A stretch of 63,778 nucleotides of DNA, the filler included, from Lama guanicoe (Eukaryota): assembly GCA_013239625.1 (NCBI GenBank). It is 189 parts of 189 records of this genome, joined end to end, with 100 filler letters (N's around TTAATTAATTAA, not from the genome) between each part and the next. Parts side by side here need not be neighbours in the genome. Positions count along the whole stretch, not along the records: positions 61,175 to 61,412 come from PNXV01045927.1; positions 61,513 to 61,750 come from PNXV01045928.1; positions 61,851 to 62,088 come from PNXV01045929.1; positions 62,189 to 62,426 come from PNXV01045930.1; positions 62,527 to 62,764 come from PNXV01045931.1; positions 62,865 to 63,102 come from PNXV01045932.1; positions 63,203 to 63,440 come from PNXV01045933.1; positions 63,541 to 63,778 come from PNXV01045934.1; 181 more parts are not named here. One strand, written 5' to 3'. Made by a program: the position numbers and the translations under genes. Below, in pieces: positions 61,175 through 63,778 of the stretch. The first letter of the stretch is position 1; the number at the start of each line of letters is the position of its first letter. The notes beneath the pieces are model-generated. The model made no database searches, had not been told where the DNA came from, and saw only the letters and a list, made by a program, of their open reading frames with translations.

Positions 61175-62088
61175 CTCATGTCTCTTCCTCTCATTTCATC
61201 TCCCAAACCTTCTCCTGTCTGCCATAGTCCTCTCGAAGCTATCACTGAATTCTCTCTTCCTCTCCTACCTTACATTGGTTCCATTAGCAAATCCATAGCC
61301 TTGAATTCAAAATATATTCTGAATCAGACTACTTTCTCCCACCTCGGTCACTAACGTTGTCAATGGTACTAGTATCTATCCTGTGGATTATTGTAGCTGC
61401 CTCTTTCCTGATNNNNNNNNNNNNNNNNNNNNNNNNNNNNNNNNNNNNNNNNNNNNTTAATTAATTAANNNNNNNNNNNNNNNNNNNNNNNNNNNNNNNN
61501 NNNNNNNNNNNNAGGGAGAAGGGAGGACCCTCAGTGTCCACGTTAAAATGACCAGCACAAGCGTTTTATCATAGATTCGCCAGTGTGCGGGAGGACAACG
61601 GAGTTCTCGCTCTGAGCCCAGCACTGCTTACCACTGGAACACACAGAGTAGGCACTGAAAAAAAGAGGGCTTAAAGGTAACAAAACATAAGAGCTTTGGT
61701 GGAGAGAAAGAGAGACAGAAGGATTAGTACTCAGGTCTGCACACACTCCTNNNNNNNNNNNNNNNNNNNNNNNNNNNNNNNNNNNNNNNNNNNNTTAATT
61801 AATTAANNNNNNNNNNNNNNNNNNNNNNNNNNNNNNNNNNNNNNNNNNNNCTCATGTCTCTTCCTCTCATTTCATCTCCCAAACCTTCTCCTGTCTGCCG
61901 TAGTCCTCTCGAAGCTATCACTGAATTCTCTCTTTCTCTCCTACCTTACATTGGTTCCATTAGCAAATCCATAGTCTTGAATTCAAAATATATTCTGAAT
62001 CAGACTACTTTCTCCCACCTTGGTCACTAACGTTGTCATTGGTACTAGTATCTATCCTGTGGATTATTGTAGCTGCCTCTTTCCTGAT
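61175..62088 (+). repeat. Two near-identical L2-derived contigs (61175-61412 and 61851-62088), 5 substitutions
   Basis: Differences fall at offsets 50, 85, 125, 171 and 189. The sequence is L2-like (ttcaaaatatattctgaatcagactactttctcccacct...ggattattgtagctgcctc). An unrelated contig lies between them. Confidence 0.97.
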
Positions 62089-62188
62089 NNNNNNNNNNNN
62101 NNNNNNNNNNNNNNNNNNNNNNNNNNNNNNNNTTAATTAATTAANNNNNNNNNNNNNNNNNNNNNNNNNNNNNNNNNNNNNNNNNNNN

Positions 62189-62426
62189 GGGTGTCTTGCA
62201 ATTCAGTTATGACATTAATTACCTGGAGTTAGCATAGTCCCCACAGGTTAAGGGCTCAGGCCCGCAAAATGATCCCCCACTTCAGACACCAGTCACATGT
62301 CCAAGGTTGTCACCTGTACTTCTGACCAACTGATTATAAACTGGAGGTTCCTATAACCCCCTCCTCAGTTTCAGTAGTTTGCTGTAGTGGCTCGTAGAAT
62401 GCAAGGAAACACTTACATTTACCTGC
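62189..62426. mobile_element. MER21-like LTR fragment
   Basis: gggtgtc...tacctggagttagcatag.ccccacaggttaagggctcag...cacctgtacttctgaccaactg. Confidence 0.8.
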
Positions 62427-62526
62427 NNNNNNNNNNNNNNNNNNNNNNNNNNNNNNNNNNNNNNNNNNNNTTAATTAATTAANNNNNNNNNNNNNNNNNN
62501 NNNNNNNNNNNNNNNNNNNNNNNNNN

Positions 62527-62764
62527 AAGCCATTTTGAGTTTGTTTTTGTATATGGTGTGAGGGAGTGTTCTAACTTCATTGATTTATATGCAGCTTTCC
62601 AGTTTTCCCAACACTATTTGCTGAAGAGACTGTCTTTATTATTTCATTGTATGTTCTTGCCTCCTTGGTCAAAGATTAACTGACCAAAAGTTTGTGGGTT
62701 AATTTCTGTGCTCTATATTCTGTTCCATTGATCTATATGTCTGTTTTTGTACCAATACCATGCT
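62527..62764 (-). mobile_element. L1 ORF2 fragment
   Basis: cattttgagttt.tttttgtatatggtgtgagg...ttgctgaagagactgtcttt...ctattctgttccattgatctat-like motifs. Confidence 0.95.
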
Positions 62765-63202
62765 NNNNNNNNNNNNNNNNNNNNNNNNNNNNNNNNNNNN
62801 NNNNNNNNTTAATTAATTAANNNNNNNNNNNNNNNNNNNNNNNNNNNNNNNNNNNNNNNNNNNNGCATTCCCATTCCTCCTGAGAGAAGTTTACAGACAC
62901 ATCCTTGAACATCATTGACCCCTGAAACAACAAACATGTTTTCACAATGGAAGGAGAGAAGGAAAAGATGGTAGCAGAGGGCTCTACAGATAAGCACAGA
63001 GATTATTAAGAAAATTGAAGGGGCTGGAATTATATAAGTCAAGACACATCTCCTATATACAGAGGGATGTGTCTAGGAACGTGCAAATAGAGTGGACTTT
63101 TCNNNNNNNNNNNNNNNNNNNNNNNNNNNNNNNNNNNNNNNNNNNNTTAATTAATTAANNNNNNNNNNNNNNNNNNNNNNNNNNNNNNNNNNNNNNNNNN
63201 NN

Positions 63203-63440
63203 TTTTTTAGATTCCAGATATAAGTGATAACAGAGCATTTGCCTTTCTCTGTCTGACTTATTTCCCTAAGCATAATATTCTGTAGGACCGTTCACATTAT
63301 TGCAAATGATAGGAAGTCTTTATGGCTAAGGACTATTCCATTGTATATCTATATACCATATCTTCTTTATCTGTTCATCTGTTGAAGGCCATGTAGGTTG
63401 CTTCCATATCTTGGCTACTATAAATAATGCTGCTATGAAA
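63203..63440 (-). mobile_element. L1 3'UTR fragment
   Basis: ttttagattccagatataagtgata...tctgtctgacttatttc...ggttgcttccatatcttggcta. Confidence 0.93.
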
Positions 63441-63540
63441 NNNNNNNNNNNNNNNNNNNNNNNNNNNNNNNNNNNNNNNNNNNNTTAATTAATTAANNNN
63501 NNNNNNNNNNNNNNNNNNNNNNNNNNNNNNNNNNNNNNNN

Positions 63541-63739
63541 CTATTTCTTTTTGACATCTGAGGATATAGAAAGAAGGCAGCTGTCTGAAAAATAGGAAGA
63601 AGGTCTTCAACAGGCACTAAATCTGCCAGCCTCTTGCTCTTGGACTTCCCAGCTATCAGAACTGTGAGAAATAAATGTCTGTTGTTGAAACCACCTCATT
63701 TATGGCATTCTGTTTGAGCAGCCCAAACTGACTAAGACA
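63541..63739 (+). mobile_element. MaLR MLT1-type LTR, 3' part
   Basis: aatctgccagc...tcttggacttcccagc...cagaactgtgagaaataaatgtctgttgtt...actgactaagaca terminus. Confidence 0.9.
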
Positions 63740-63778
63740 GGGGGAATCACATATTCTTAAGTACCTTTTTTTTTTTTT

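Larger units (their letters stand above)
239..63540. other. Artificial scaffold linkers: 188 copies of N44-TTAATTAATTAA-N44 (100 bp) separating 189 contigs of about 238 bp
   Basis: First linker: N 239-282, TTAATTAATTAA 283-294, N 295-338. The period is 338 bp throughout. 188x100 + 189x238 - 4 = 63778. TAA at core offsets 2, 6 and 10 of a palindrome gives a stop in all six frames. Confidence 0.99.

Noticed and set aside
62744..62764. Overlap of this contig end with the start of 2705-2941 (ttttgtaccaataccatg)
   Set aside because: It is only about 18 nt of a high-copy L1 motif followed by a mismatch, far short of the 49-nt graph overlap. These are different L1 copies.
287..63042. Family of small ORFs ending in X...LIN or X...N
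   Set aside because: The shared C-termini are translations of the Ns and the linker. Apart from the L1, ERV, OR and TSPY-like pieces, these are unrecognisable chance ORFs.
239..63540. CRISPR-like array (constant palindromic repeat with equal-length unique spacers)
   Set aside because: The repeat is a 12-nt synthetic stop linker embedded in Ns. The spacers are 238-bp mammalian fragments, and there are no cas genes.

Overview
This window is not contiguous genomic DNA. It is an artificial concatenation of 189 tiny contigs (186 of 238 bp, two of 237 bp, one of 236 bp) joined by 188 identical 100-bp linkers (N44-TTAATTAATTAA-N44). The palindromic linker core puts a stop codon in all six frames. 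Neighbouring fragments are therefore unrelated, and most ORFs in the supplied track are chance ORFs closed by the linker. The fragments are mammalian: many L1 pieces, plus L2, MIR, MLT1/MER21/ERV LTRs and Tigger/Charlie DNA transposons. A Vic-1-like tRNA-derived SINE points to a camelid. Recognisable coding pieces are an OR2H-type olfactory receptor, a TSPY-like exon (suggesting Y-linked DNA) and a gammaretroviral protease apparently joined directly to an RNase H tail. Two pairs of near-identical contigs show an exact 49-nt de Bruijn bubble signature. One to three CpG-undepleted fragments may be non-host DNA. I find no support for a novel multi-gene system, and the CRISPR-like periodicity is an assembly artefact. 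Family assignments come from recalled consensus sequences, not from database searches.
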